A DNA stretch of 64,000 nt, from the NCBI GenBank assembly GCA_951406725.2, contig OX597835.1, positions 27,714,001 to 27,778,000 on the forward strand, written 5' to 3'. Origin of the DNA: Octopus vulgaris (taxonomy: Eukaryota). Positions 12,928 to 27,488 of this stretch are shown here, piece after piece; the first letter of the stretch is position 1, and every line of letters begins with the position of its first letter. The translations under genes were made by a program, and so were the position numbers. The notes beneath the pieces were generated by a model. It saw only the letters and a program-made list of their open reading frames with translations, ran no database searches and was not told where the DNA came from.

Positions 12928-15261
12928 AAAAAAAATTTAGATATATATTATGTTACACATATTGTGTGAAGACATATGGTTCAGAATAAGGGTATTGAGC
13001 TTATAATTGCAAGGTTGCAAGTTCGGTTCCTGGACCGGGCTGTGTGGTGTGTTCTGGAGCAAGACACTTTATTTCACGTTGCTCCAGTTCACCCAGCTAT
13101 AGAAATGAGTTGTGACATCATTGGTGCCAAGCTGTATTGGTGTTTACTTATTGCTTAGATAACATCAGTGGCATGGAGAGGGGAGGCTGGTATGCCCGGG
13201 TGACTGCTAGTCTTCCGTAAACAACCTTGCTTGGACTTGTGCTTTGGAGGGGAACTTTCTAGGTGCAATGTCATGGACATTCACGACTGAAGGGGTCTTT
13301 ATCCTCAGTTCAGTTAGCAAACTGCTGCTATCATCCGCTCTGATGGCATGCACGGATAAGGTATTTGATGTAGTGAAAGACTATTGCGACTAAAACCCAG
13401 GCCAGACGTTCATGCTTCACCGATTGATTGAGATGTCTGGCATAGAATTGTTACATTGGTTTGTGCAAGTCACCTGACATGGATGGATGGATAGATGACC
13501 ATTGATATAGAGTTGAACTTTCATTCACTACACTTCTCTTTTTGCTTTTTTTTTGGCAGAAAAAATGGGTGGTGGTCACTGAATGAATGCTAGAAACAAC
13601 ATAATCAATGACAGGAAATAAAACATATTTTGAATCAAGCTTTATCCAAAAGCATTCAGAATGTCTCTGTCAAATGTGAGGATTATTTATTCATATTGTT
13701 TTGAATTAATCCCGTATTATCTCATAGGTTTGAGATTTTCATGATGTGATTATTCGCTTTTACATTGCAGGGTAGGTTTGAAAGGCTGGATCTGGTTGGT
13801 TTGAACACAATACTGATAAAATATTTGGACTGGATACGATTTGCTTAAATGCAAAATGGTTAAGTGTATGAAGTCATTAACTATGGTCAACCTTTAGCTT
13901 TTGGCAGAGATGGTACTTGGCCACAGAACGGAGTAATTCCATCGCACATCAAATATTGGATTCAGCATACCAAACACAACATTGACAGAGTAAAAGAGGA
14001 TTCTTTCGAAGAAGGAAAATGTTTATATTTTTCGCCTACGCTTTTAAATTTAATTTTTACCATTCTTGCTTCGGTGGAAAGGTTTATTAATGGTTTATTT
14101 GTTGGAAGAAATGTTCACATCTGAATGCCTTCCAATCAGAAACCACTCTGTTGTTATTTAGGAGTGGAACACATGCTGATTACCGTTTGTTAGTTAAAAT
14201 ATTTCTAAAATTCAAATATAATTAGAGAAAATAAACGAAACACATAAAGAAGACTAACATATGTCCGAAACTAAATGATTGTATTTTAATGCTAGCCAAG
14301 AACAACCATTTTAGTTCACTTCAAAAATTATAATTGCTAATAATTATTCCAAAAGAACCAATGAAACAAAAATATGAGTTAGAATAGTGAAAGAAATAAT
14401 AAAATATTCTTTAATCTAAATTACAAACAGCTAAATAGCATATGCTGTAAACACTAAAACAAAATTTTGTTAACTTCTAAGCTACGTTTGTTAAATAGTA
14501 AAGTTTAGAAAGATTATATTTTAAGTTAATTAATAAGTTTAAATGGGCAAACTAGAATAGAATTAGCTTCAATTTAGTAAAATAACTTTTGCTGGTTTTT
14601 GTTCACTAATTACAAAACAAATTAAACTTTCAAATATAAAATCCAATATGGTTTTTAATTTCTCTCAAGAAATTACATGATATTCTTTAAAATTTTTCTC
14701 TTGATTTAAGGCAAAACAAATTCATCCAGTCCTTTTGGTGCTATTTTCTGAGTTACATATCAAGGACTATAACTAAGAAAGGAGGAAATCTACGTGATAT
14801 TTTAATATTTTAACCTTCTATATCAATATTACTAGTATTTAGAAGCAGGGGCAAATATGGTTGCAACTTTAGATATTTCAGTTCTGACTTAGACATAATT
14901 TTTTTTTTTTTTCCCCTTCACTAGTATCAGCTCAAGAGCTGTGGCCATACTGGGGCACTGCTGCTAATTAGTGAAACAGAATTCAAAAGTATTTACAATT
15001 ATAATTACATATATGTAAAAAAAATTTTTTTTATAGTTTTAGTCTTTGGATTGTGGCCAAACTGGTGCTTCACCTTCAAGAGTTTTTAGTTCCTAATACT
15101 GATTTTAAATTTTGGCACAAGGCCAAGAATTTTGGTGGGCGGGCGAGTGGGGGGGGGGGGGAGCAGTCGATTACATCGACCCCAGTGTTCAACTGGTGCT
15201 TATTTTATCAACCCTGAAAGGATGAAAGGCAAAGTCAACCACGGAGGAATTTGAACATGAA

Positions 15262-15306
<45 letters not shown>

Positions 15307-15509
15307 GTATGTATGTATGTATATATATATATATATATATAGCACGTGTGTGTGTGTGTACATACATATATATATAAAAGCATACACACACATATATACA
15401 CACACACATATATATCACGTGACACTCACAACGCCAGGTCTGGGAATCGAAACCGCGATCCTGCGACTGCGAGTCCGCTGCCCTAACCATTAGGCCATTG
15501 CGCCTCCAC

Positions 15510-15930
<421 letters not shown>

Positions 15931-16507
15931 TAAATAGATCGATATACAGTGTATCTGTCTATCTATTTATCTGTGTGTGTATGTGTGTGTGCATGTATAC
16001 ATATGTGAAGTGCATGAATGATTGTGAGTGTGCTTACATGTGGGTGTTTATGTGCAGGTGTGTGTGTGTGTGAATAACTATATAATCGTGCATGCATGGC
16101 TATGTGAATGCATGTGCACAGGTGTACGGATACGTGCGCATGTGTGTAAAGAAACAGGTGAGAGAGTAAAAAACAAAAAAAAAAGAAAAACACCGATTGA
16201 CTTTTGAGATCAAGTGAGTGCAAATAAGTATGTGTATCTGCGATCATGCTCGTGTGTTTGTGAGTGAATTCACATGCACAAGTAATTGTGCACACATGCA
16301 AGGAAGTGTGCATGTATGAATAAATAGTGACGTGAGAAAAAATATGTATGTATGTATGTATATATATGCACTTAACTGAATAACCACGTTGCCAATGAAA
16401 TGCAATGTGCATGTGTTTAGATGTGTGCAAGTGCATGTGCATCTTAAGAATATAAGACTATGTGAGCGTTTGTAAATGTGCATATGTCTGTTTTGTGTGT
16501 GTGTGGT

Positions 16508-16538
<31 letters not shown>

Positions 16539-16860
16539 GTGCGTGTGTGTGTGTGCGTGCGTGTGTGTGGTGGGGGAATGGTTTTAACACAGGAACTGAC
16601 TTGTGTTTCATTACATCAGAAGCTGCAATTTAGTGTAGATCAATAGACAGAGATCAATAATATAAGTACGGACTGAAATAAGTAAGAGTGGTGGTGGGGG
16701 GGGAACGTTGATTAGGAATGAACAAAAACCCTTCAAGACAGAAAACCCCTAACTTGACCACAGTCCAATGAAACCAGTAAAAAAATAAATTAATAACAAA
16801 TGCATATACATGTATGTTTATTTATATATATGTAAATATGTGTGTGTGTGTGTGTGTGTG

Positions 16861-17075
16861 TAAGTGGGTGCTGAAAAGTTCCTGGCTTTGGGCAAAAGAA
16901 AATACAGGAGGATCATTTAATTATGATTTTATTGAATACATTCCCCCCTCAGATTCACTTATTGCAGTGGTTCTTCAGTTTTTCTGAGTCCTGTAAAATA
17001 ATTTGAAAGGTTGGGCTTCTGACCAGTACTTTCACGGCACCCTTAAAGCCAGGGACATTTTAGCACCCTCTTGTA
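16861..17075. mobile_element. Tc1/mariner-type MITE
   Basis: Imperfect TIRs GGGTGCTGAAAAGTTCCTGGCTTT ... AAAGCCAGGGACATTTTAGCACCC, with TA at the ends. Confidence 0.65.
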
Positions 17076-17081
17076 TATACA

Positions 17082-17113
<32 letters not shown>

Positions 17114-17290
17114 CACCCATTACGTTATGGCAATTGAGAAAAACTCTTTTGTATACACATATGTATATTGAACTAAATTTGAATATGAGAACTTCTGCAA
17201 GAACAAATCATTGAAATAAATTTGGGGATTGGGGAGACAAAATTACACGGAGAAATAAAGAACTGGAAGAATTTTCTGGAATTTACTTAC

Positions 17291-17336
17291 ACTGGGAGTA
17301 AGTCTGTCTTCTTTGTTGATCTTGTATCGAATCATA
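17291..17336 (-). CDS. internal coding exon (46 nt), YDSIQDQQRRQTYSQ
   Basis: Branch point and acceptor ctctaattttattttcgcag|TAT, with a consensus donor |gtaagt. The phase-0 start matches the end of exon 22104-22183 and the frame is open. Confidence 0.8.
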
Positions 17337-17733
17337 CTGCGAAAATAAAATTAGAGAAATTGGTAAATGGTTTATGTCATTCATAGACATTCCTGCATTC
17401 TCTCAGAAGAAATTTCAAATAAGTTTTTCCTTTTCTTTTTCTTTTTTTCGGCTACATTACTAAATGAAACAAAGTGCTTCATTTCATGTCGTTACAGTCC
17501 ACTCAGCTGCAATTTAGTGTAGATCAATAGACAGAGATCAATAATATAAGTACGGACTGGAAATAAGTAAGAGTGGTGGTGGGGGGGAACGTTGATTAGG
17601 AATGAACAAAAACCCTTCAAGACAGAAAAAACCCCTTATGACCCCTAGGGCTCATTACCTATTAAACCAGTAAAAAAATAAATTAATAACAAATGCATAT
17701 ACATGTATGTTTATTTATATATATGTAAATATG

Positions 17734-17780
<47 letters not shown>

Positions 17781-18439
17781 GTGGGTGCTGAAAAGTTCCT
17801 GGCTTTGGGCTCAGTTTCTACAGCTGGATGCCTTTCTTAGTGACAACCACTTTACAAAGTGAACTGGGTGCTTTTTACATTGCACCATCACCAGTGCCTT
17901 TTATGTGGCATCAGAATAACATTAAATATATCAAAGTTTATATTACCCAATGTAAAAAAAATTTGCTTTCTAACCACACGGGCATCTTCTACTACAGCCC
18001 CAGGCAGACCAAAACTTTGCAAGTGGATTTGGTAGATGGAAACTGAAAGAAGCCTATTGTGTATATGTGTGTATAAATAAAATATATATGTCCAAAGAAT
18101 GGGAACATGAAACTCTGTGTAACAGACTTGTGATAATGTTGCAACTTTAATAGAATGACAGGAGACCAAGACCTTTGGAGATATGCTGGGATTGAGAAGG
18201 CCAGCAACAAAAGTGAGATCCCAGCCATGGCCGATGCCAGTGTTGCATGTCTGGCCCATTTAAAAGTATCCTTGATGTGTCGGGCGATATGATATGCTTG
18301 AGAAGACTTGTTGAGTCAAGTAAAACCAAAATTATAGCAGTGGCCAGTGTCCGCTGACTGGCTCCTGTTCCAGTGACATAAAATGCACCATGCTTCATTT
18401 CATGTCGTTACAGTCCACTCAGCTGTAAATGTGTTTCGA

Positions 18440-19112
18440 TAACACTTGGGAAGTTAAACCCTACAATGGAAGGCACATAAAAAGCACCATCTGAACATGG
18501 TTGATGCCAGGTCTGCCTGACTGGCTCCTGTGCTGGTGGCATGTAAAAAGCACCACCCAAATGTGGTCAATGCTAGTGTCCCCTGACTGGCTACCATACC
18601 GGCGGCATGTAAAAAACATCATCCAAATGTGGCCAATGCTAGTGCCCCTTGACTGGCTCTCATACCGGCGGCATGTAAAAAACACCATCCAAATGTGGCC
18701 AATGCTAGTGCCCCCTTTCTGGCTCCCATACCGGTGGCATGTAAAAAGCACTATCCAAACATGATCGATGCCACACCTGCCTGATTGGCTCCCATGCCAG
18801 TGGAACACAAAAAGCACCATCCAAACTGGGCTGATGCCAGTGCCCTGACTGGCTCCTGTGCCGGTGGCATGTAAAAAGCACTATCTGAATTTGATCGTTG
18901 GCAGGCTCGCCTGACTGGCTCCTGTGCCAGTGCCATGTAAAAAGCACACACTACACTCTTGGAGTGGTCGGTGTTAGGAAGGACATCCAGCTGTAGAAAC
19001 ATTGTCAGATCAGATTGGAGCTTGGTGCAGCCACTGGCTTTCCAGACCTCAGTCAAACTGTCCAACCCATGCCAGCATGGAAAACAGACGTTAAATGATG
19101 ATGATGATGATG
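18440..19112 (+). mobile_element. RTE-like 3' tail element with ~8 tandem ~61-bp units
   Basis: Repeated GGCATGTAAAAAGCACCATCCAAA...CTGACTGGCTCC units, then the conserved tail and (GAT)n. Confidence 0.75.
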
Positions 19113-19395
19113 ATATATATATATATGTGCATGTATGTATCGATGTGTGCACATCAGTGTTACTGTCTCCTTGCTTTGACTTCAAATGTTAAAGTTTAAT
19201 ATGAGGGAGATTTGGCAGCTATATCTAGACATCCACAGAAACCACATTGCATAAAAGCTTTCTCTCTGTTTAAATCATTGGGGTATAATGACTAATGCAA
19301 TATGTAACCGTAACCTACTCACAAATATTTTAATATGTGTTATTAAACGCATTCAGTGATTTCAAACTGATATTTTTAAAGCATATGACTATGAA

Positions 19396-19426
<31 letters not shown>

Positions 19427-22103
19427 AACATGAAGACCGAAAACCATTTTTCAGAGCCTCCATATCAAAGGTATATTAGCAGTATATAACCAAAAACAAA
19501 AAACGAAAGGGATAAAAACAAAATATTCCCCGAAACAACAAGAGAGTGTAAACGAAGTTGTCCTCCAGAGTATCATAACGAATTCACTGAGCCTTGAAGC
19601 AAGAATTTTTTTCTTTCTTTTTTCTCCCATACATTTTACTGAATCAATGTTTTACTACGAATTCCAGAAAAAACAATTTTATATGGACTAACAATGCAAG
19701 CTGCTACATGATTTCTCAATGTGCTAAAAATAGCAGCCAAATATTCTCCAAATCACACTTATGTTAAGTAATAATAATAATAATAATAATAATATATTTC
19801 TTTACTACTCACAAGGGGCTAAACACAGAGGGGACAAACAAAGACAAACGAATTAAGTCACTTACATCGACCCCAGTGCGTAACTGGTACTTAATTTATT
19901 GACTCCGAAAGGATGAAAGGCAAAGTTGACCTCGGCAGAAATTGAACTCAGAACGTAACGGCAGACGAAATACGGCTACGCATTTCACCCAATGTGCTAA
20001 TGTTTCTGCCAGCTAGGGCATATAGGAATGATTTAGGCTTTGGTGGATTATGACAGTATAAAAGGTAGTTTAGTCATAATTGGGCTACCTTTGGTTACAG
20101 ATCTGCTCAACAAGGACTCACCCAGGGCTAAACAACAACAATAAAATCAGTTTCTCTATTCAATGCTAAAAATAAATTTCCGATTCTGATATTTATTTCT
20201 TTATTGCCCACAAGGGTCTAAACACAGAGGGGACAAATAAGGATGGACAAAGGGATTAAGTTGATTATATTGGCACCAGTGCATAACTGGTACTTATTTA
20301 ATCGACATCGAAAGGATGAAAGGCAAAGTCGACCTCGGTGGAATTTGAACTCAGAATGTAACAGCCAATGAAACACCGCTAAGCATTTTGCCCAGTGTGC
20401 TAACAGTTCTGCCAGCTCACTGCTCTGATATTAATTCAAATTTTGGGACAAGGCTATCAATTTTGAAAGGAGGAGGGTATCCCTTAAAGCAACCCCAGTT
20501 CTTGGTTGGTGCTTGTTTTACTGACCTGATAGGATGAAGGCAGGTGTATGGCTTAGTGGTTAGGGGTGTTGGACTCATGATCGTAGGATTGTGGTTTCGA
20601 TTCCTCAACCAGGTGATGTGTTGTGTTCTTGAGCAAAACACTTCATTTCACGTTACTCCAGTCCCCTCAGCTGGCACAAATGAGTAACCCTTCGATGGTC
20701 TGGCGTCCCGTCCAGATAGGAAATTTATACACCATGAAACCGGCCCTTATGGATCAGTATGACTCAAAAAGAAAGGAAGGAAGGTAACCATACCTAAGAC
20801 TAACTTATCAGATATGCTTTCACTGATGTTGTTATCATTTAACCCTAGGTCAGTACTGATAGAGTAATCCTTTGATCAAAGGCTTTCATGCTAGATGTAG
20901 CAGTCCTATCCTAGAATACCTAACACTGTGGAAGCGTGTGGCTTAGTGGTTAGGGGTGTTGGACACCTGATCGTAAGATTGTGGTTTCTTTTCCTGGACC
21001 AGGCAACATGTTGTGTTCTTAAGCAAAACACTTCATTTCATGTTGTTCCAGTCCACTCAGCTGGCAAAAGTGAGTAATCCTATGACGGATTGGCATCCTG
21101 TCTAGGTGAGGAATATATATGCCATAGAAACTGAGAAACTGGCTCTTATGAGTCAGTATGACTCAAGAATTTAAGTTTACATTTTTTTTAAAGACAAAAG
21201 TTGACCTTGGCAGAATTTGAACTCAAAACATAGGGAGCTGGCAAAAATGCCACGAAATATTACATCTGTCATGCAAACAATTCTGTCAAATTCAACCCCT
21301 TATTCAATGCTAAATATTAATTTCCAATTTTGGCACAAGGCCAGTAAATTAGAGAGAGGGAGCAAATCGATTACATTGACTCCAAGTGCTCAATTGGTAT
21401 TTGTTTTATTGACCCCAAGAAGGATGAAAGTCAAAACCAGCCCAGGCAGAATTTGAACCCAGAACGTAAAGATGGATGAATCGCTGCTAAGCGTTTTGCC
21501 TGGCATGCAAACTCGCCATCTTATTCAATGCTAATACTGCTAACTGTAATCTGTTAGCGACATTACTCATTGATAGAATACAGAGCCATTTATAATAGGA
21601 ATGTGTGGTGGTGGTGGTGGTGGGGGGTATCAGATAAAATTCTAGAAAAACAAAGCGAGTCAGCAATTTGTTTTAAAATACATTTAAGCATATCCTATTT
21701 ATCATTCTATATCGAAAGATTTATCAGATAAAATATTTTATTATCAAGACAGGAATCATAAGTAAGATGCTTCTTCAAGATATATACTATATTACAAATT
21801 GGGGAAATATCTACAATTTTCTAACCAGATTATTTATGTCAATATTATTTTCATAACATTTGAGATTTGCTGGATTCGCTGAAAATATTTCAAACCTACT
21901 AGAAATTATGGCTAAATGCTCTTCATATAATTTAATATCATTTTTAGACAAACATTTATTAAATGTAAACTGAAAGAGGGAAAAGAAAAAAAAAACAGAA
22001 ACACAATATGAATTTTAATAGTTATCGACTTCTGAAGAACGTTTATTTACAAGCAGATCTCAAGTGTTGCATTGTTTGAATGTTAAAAAGTAATGAGAAA
22101 TAC

Positions 22104-22183
22104 CTGATTAAGCTCTTGGTCCATAATGGAATTAAGGACATCAAGCTTGCTTTGCAGCTCAGCAGCTTCAACTTCGGGAAGAT
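22104..22183 (-). CDS. internal coding exon (80 nt), (D)LPEVEAAELQSKLDVLNSIMDQELNQ; amphipathic/coiled-coil-like, protein unidentified
   Basis: Acceptor ttgtaatatttctag|AT and donor CAG|gtattt. A GC-richer island in AT-rich flanks; phase 1 in, phase 0 out. Confidence 0.8.
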
Positions 22184-22688
22184 CTAGAAATATTACAAAT
22201 ATTTTCACATTATTAATAATAATAATTATAACAATAACAATAATAATAATCGAACAAACACTTCCGCACATAATACAATAATGGTAATGTTCTTAACTGT
22301 TATATGGGAATGTAAATATGATTGCAAATTGTTTTCATTACATGTTATTCTGTGTTCTGAATACTTTTATTTTAATAAATGTTGCTTACTGCAAGTTATG
22401 GATGATTCTTTTATGACTTCATTGCTTTTAGGCTTAGCTTAATGTATTTTCGTGCCCGACATCACAAAATGCGTCTGAATAAACATTGCCGGACAGCAAA
22501 TAGAGACTTAGACATTGCTTAGAAAATATTTTTCCTTTTTAACCTCGTATATAGTATGCACTAGGGATTTTGACCTTTAAATTTTTGGAAGAAAATGCAG
22601 ATTATACTCGAGGATTTACAGTATCTCTGCTGATCATCCACGTTTTTTATTATTACTGAAATATCGACAAACAACATACGCTATCATG

Positions 22689-22876
22689 TTTAACCCTTTA
22701 GCACTTGGATTTCTCAGTCAAATACAATGCTTATGCATTTCCTTTGTTTTGAATTCATTATCAATTAACTCTGAGATTTTAATGATGCGATTACTTTTAG
22801 AATGATGTTGTAAATTTGGTGTGAGAGGTCAGAATATTTAGGCTGGAAAAGCTTGGTTTAAATGCCAAAGAATTAA
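22689..22876. mobile_element. piggyBac-like MITE remnant
   Basis: TTAA-CCCTTTAGCA ... TGCCAAAGAA-TTAA ends. Related decayed copies near 13665-13863 and 59490-59715. Confidence 0.5.
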
Positions 22877-23024
22877 AACAACAACTATGATACTAAATGA
22901 AAAAAAAATGGAAAAAAATAACCCACAGCTTGCTGGGATTTTAAAAGGCAAAATATATCATAATGAAGATTTGATAAATACAGAGAAATAAAACATAAAA
23001 ATTAAAAGTGTTCCTATAAAATTT

Positions 23025-23431
23025 GGATCTTTTCGGTTTGAACGGCAGTTTTTTCTAGCTGTGTCATATGAAATTGTCACTCATAATTATGACCCTAGTA
23101 TCGATCTATTGTATTTCAATCTGTTTTAGGGTTAGGGGTGGGGGAAGGGTATCTTTTTTCTTCAGAAATGTAAATAAACCCAATCTGTTTCTTAAACGAG
23201 GGACATATTCATACGGCACAGAATGTTTTCACCCCAATAGACGTCATTGATTGGTTGAAATTGCAGAAATTGAAGAAAATAAACAACAAATATCTTACAA
23301 ACTATAGAATTTTCTCAATAAAGCCAAGAGATAAAGATATTTTATAAACACATTCTACCAGTATGAAGTTTAAAAGTGTTTAGTTACGCGGAAATTATTT
23401 TAAAAAACTGCCGTTCAAACCGAAAAGATCC
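23025..23431. mobile_element. intact MITE with 30-bp perfect TIRs and 8-bp TSD (Merlin- or hAT-type)
   Basis: TIR GGATCTTTTCGGTTTGAACGGCAGTTTTTT at both ends. TAAAATTT at 23017-23024 and 23432-23439. Confidence 0.9.
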
Positions 23432-24420
23432 TAAAATTTATTTTTAAATGTCAGAAACAGGTAGGGAATAAATTAATTAAGTAAAGTGCACCTTGGACAG
23501 TTAAAAGAGAGTTCTACACTAAATTATTTAGAGGTAAATGGAATATTTTATAAGGAATTATAAAATTTCAACCACAAAAAGAAACAATAAATTTAAGTTT
23601 TTCTTTAGACATTAAAACATCTTTGCAGCTGAAGTAGTTGGGGGGAAGAATTTTAGTTTAGGGTTTAATATGACTATGTGGCAGTTTGGAAAAGTGTCTT
23701 TTTTTTTTACCAATGCCTTATAAGAAGAGCTTGGTAAGCAGAAATTGTGCTATCTAATTATGTACATATGTATACATGTGTAAGTATGTGTGTAGATCCT
23801 TCAGCAGTGTTTAGTAAAATATCTAAACATCAGCAAAGATACTGTAAAAGTTTATATATTTAACGAAGGCCACATGTTTGAAAATTTATTATAATTTCAG
23901 AGGTTGAAATAAATTATTTAAGCCCTACCTCCTCTCTCCCTCTCCCTCTCTCTCTCCCTGTTTCTATATATCTATATCTGTATAGTTTTTGCATCTGGTT
24001 TGCAAGATTCTTTATGTGAACTTGTATATTGAAACAAATTTTGTAATGTCTAGTTAGTTAGTCAATTAGTAAGTTGGATATTTAGCCTACTCACTAATAA
24101 TAAAGGAATGGAACTGAACTAGTACTTGTGTTAATAATACTGGCATAATGAGTTTCCTTAGACACAACACACACATCTTCAAATCTTTGAACTGCTCTAC
24201 ACACACACACACACATCTTCAAATCTTTGAACAGCTCTACACACACACACACACATAGAATTTCCATTTCTCAAATGTCAATCACGATGTATTGGTTCAT
24301 CCTAGGCAACAGAAGAAAACATTTGCTCAAGATGCCCTGATGTGATTGCAAAGAGAACTTTTTAACAACATGGCTCTGACCCTGCCATAAACACACACAC
24401 ACACACATACACATACACAC

Positions 24421-24451
<31 letters not shown>

Positions 24452-26610
24452 TCTGTATGTTTATATGTGTGCGTGTAAGTATGTATATATGTATTATTTG
24501 GCTGTAGAGCTATATAAGTGATTTTAGAACTAAGAGTTTTTGATAAGTGCAACCACAAGAAGAAATAAATAATAGAAAATAAAAGGTGTTCTACTTTAGC
24601 TTGCCTGTTCAACCCTATTTTGCCTGCTGGCATCAGCCATCAAACCCCAACCCCTCTCTCTCTCTACATATATATATATATTTATTTATATATATATAGA
24701 AACTTAAAATAAAAAGTACGATTAATATGTGTTGCATTTCAACTGTCTCTGACAGTTCTCTACCACTACCACCATCACCATCAAACATTATAAGAATTGT
24801 TCATTGTGCAGCTTTTTTTCTTTAAATCTAGCAAGGAAAATATAATGAAATTATAAGCTTTGATTCTTTCCTTCAATTAAGTAAATTATTCATATATTTA
24901 ATCATTGACAGATTACAAAGCTTTAATGATATCTATATTGCAATATTTTCATCTTTTTTTCTTCCCCCACCCCCCACTTTCTGAGAAAGAGAAATGAAAT
25001 GAAATTCTATGTCGTTTCAAAAAATACTAATTCTTTGTTTGTAATTCTTTCTTATGGAAGGTGAGATGTCTGATATTTTTCAGCTTCCTTATCATGTTCA
25101 GAATTTTCCTCTTCCATTTGAAACATCAAAGAAATTTCACTGAGATAATATAGTTAAATAGTATTTTAATTCTCAATGGACATGTCACATTAAAAAAAAA
25201 AAAAAAAACTGCAAAAATAATAATAAGGAAATAAATAAATAAAGATAAGAACTATATGAAAGGAATGTTCTTCTTTTAACCAAAAATCTGTTTTAATCCA
25301 ACGCTTGCTTCTTAAAAAGAAAATCCTCCATAAATTCTAAATGGATGACAAAATTTGATAGTAAAACTAATGATCATGACAATTTCTAAGAACTAATCAA
25401 GAGAATTTGATTTTTCCAATATACAAAGAAAGTATTTATATTTCTTTATATTAACTAAAGCATAGCAATGAATCATTTTTCCAAAGAACCGTATTAAATC
25501 TGAGATAATGAAGCTGTTTTCCTTACTAACTTATATATGTTTTAGGAACAACAAAATGGCAACGTGTCTTTTTATAGATATTAACTAAAGAATGAGATAA
25601 AAGTGAAGACAGTCACATGACTAGAAACAATGGGATAAATGAGAAGAGAAGTAGGGAAACAAAATACTGGTATAATGAAAGAAATAGATAAATAAATAAA
25701 TAAAAAAATAATTACAAAAGTAGTTAGAAGACTGAATGGCATCAGAGCTTCAGAAGGCTAAACCAAAGTGTAAGTCCAGTGATGTCATTTTATGAAAAGA
25801 GACGATATTTCAACCAAGCGTTTCTCCTCTGAATTTCAAGTCAGACAAAAGTATTTTCTTAATCTTACATCTAATACTTGCAATGTACATTATTGATTTC
25901 TCATATTCGTGACTTGCATTAGCATATGTTCTAATTATTTTTAGACGAAAAAGTAATGTTGGTCTATTAGTAATAATTATCTTGGATATAGTAAACGAAT
26001 GTTCTTTTGTAACTTGATCCCAGTCGAAGAGTGAAACAATATTCAATGGCCAAAACACACACACACACACACACACAAAATGTAAAATCCACTGCCATTG
26101 TTGACAAAAGAGAGTTTGTATCAAACTATTCCGGTTACAGTTACATCGTGGAAACGTCATTACAGCCATTTAAAGAAAACATACACACATGTAATACACC
26201 CACTTCTGCAGATGTAATTCACAAAAGTGATTGTTACACACACACACACACACACACATATAAGGGCACCCATGCTGGAGGCATGAAAAAAAACACCCCC
26301 TACACTCTCAGAGTGGTTGGCATTAGGAAGGGCATCCAGCCACAAAAATCTTGCAAAATGAGATCGAAACCTGGTGCAGCTCCCAGACTTACCAGTTTTC
26401 AGTCAAACCATCCAACCCATGCCAGCATGGAAAATGGACATTAAATGATGATGATGATGATGATGATACAAGTACTAGGAGTCAATTTGTTTGATTAAAT
26501 CTTTCGGTATGGCCACCACAGTCCAATGACTGAATCAAGTAAAACAATATATATATATCATCATCATCATCATCGTTTAACGTCTGTTTTCCATGCTAGC
26601 ATGGGTTGGA

Positions 26611-26645
<35 letters not shown>

Positions 26646-26759
26646 TCATCATCATTGTTTCACGTCCGTTTTCCATGCAAGCATGGGTTGGATGCTGTTA
26701 TTGAGAAGATACCAGCAAGTAAAGTGAGGTCAAAGCTGCAGCTTATACCAGTGTTACAT

Positions 26760-27488
26760 AACCATCCCATTTAAAAAGTACCTTTGAATCGTCAGGTGAC
26801 ATGCCCTGCTTGAAGAGACCTACTGAGTCGAGTAGAACCAAAATCAAAAATTATATCACAATCAAATGGAAACTGTAGTTGTGGATGATGTGAGTGCCAC
26901 CTGACTTGCTCCCCATGCCAGTGACACATAAAAAGCTCCATCAAAACATGGTGAGTCGAGTAGAATCAAAATCAAAAATCATATTACAGTCAAATGGAAA
27001 CTGTAGTTGTGGCTGATGTCAGTGCCACCTGACTTGCTCCCCGTGCCAGTGGCACATAAAAAGCTCCATCCAAACATGGTTGATGCCAACCCCACCTCAC
27101 CCCGACTGGCTCCTGTGCAAGTAGCATGTAAAAAGCACCATTCAAACTTGGCCGATGCCAGTGCCACCTGACTTGCTCCCCGTGCCAGTGGCACATAAAA
27201 AGCACCATCCAAACATGGTTGATGCCAACCCCACCCCCACCCTGATTGGCTTCTGTGCAAGTAGCATGTAAAAAGCACCATCCAAACACGGCCGATGCCA
27301 GTGCCACCTGACTGGCTCCTGTGCCGGTGGCACATAAAAAGCACCCACTACACTCTCGGAGTGGTTGGCATTAGGAAGGGCATCCAGTTGTAGAAACTTG
27401 GCCACATGAGATTGGAGCCTGGCTTCCAGTCCCCAGTCAAATCGTCCAACCCATGCCAGCATGGAAAACAGACATTAAACGATGATGA
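26760..27488 (+). mobile_element. RTE-like 3' tail element with alternating two-type tandem units
   Basis: Same family as 18440-19112, with an internal higher-order duplication. Confidence 0.7.

Noticed and set aside
13864-14124. 86-aa plus-strand ORF in unique sequence
   Set aside because: Non-ATG start, no recognisable motif, no convincing splice sites, and antisense to the inferred gene.
14124-14142. Minus-strand CTGATTGGAAG|gcatt resembling the ADWE micro-exon
   Set aside because: No adjacent AG acceptor, no GT donor, one base missing, and it lies downstream of the cassette. Probably chance.
15420-15508. tRNA-like sequence with A and B boxes
   Set aside because: It is the head of a SINE family and continues into SINE body in other copies; not a tRNA gene.
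22104-22183. Resemblance of the helix to SARAH domains or the CEP170 C-terminus
   Set aside because: Only loose similarity from memory with mismatched spacing, which is not enough to name the gene without a search.
25810-26169. 119-aa minus-strand ORF containing FDWDQ
   Set aside because: It crosses a (CA)n tract and I found no acceptor/donor pair compatible with the exon chain.
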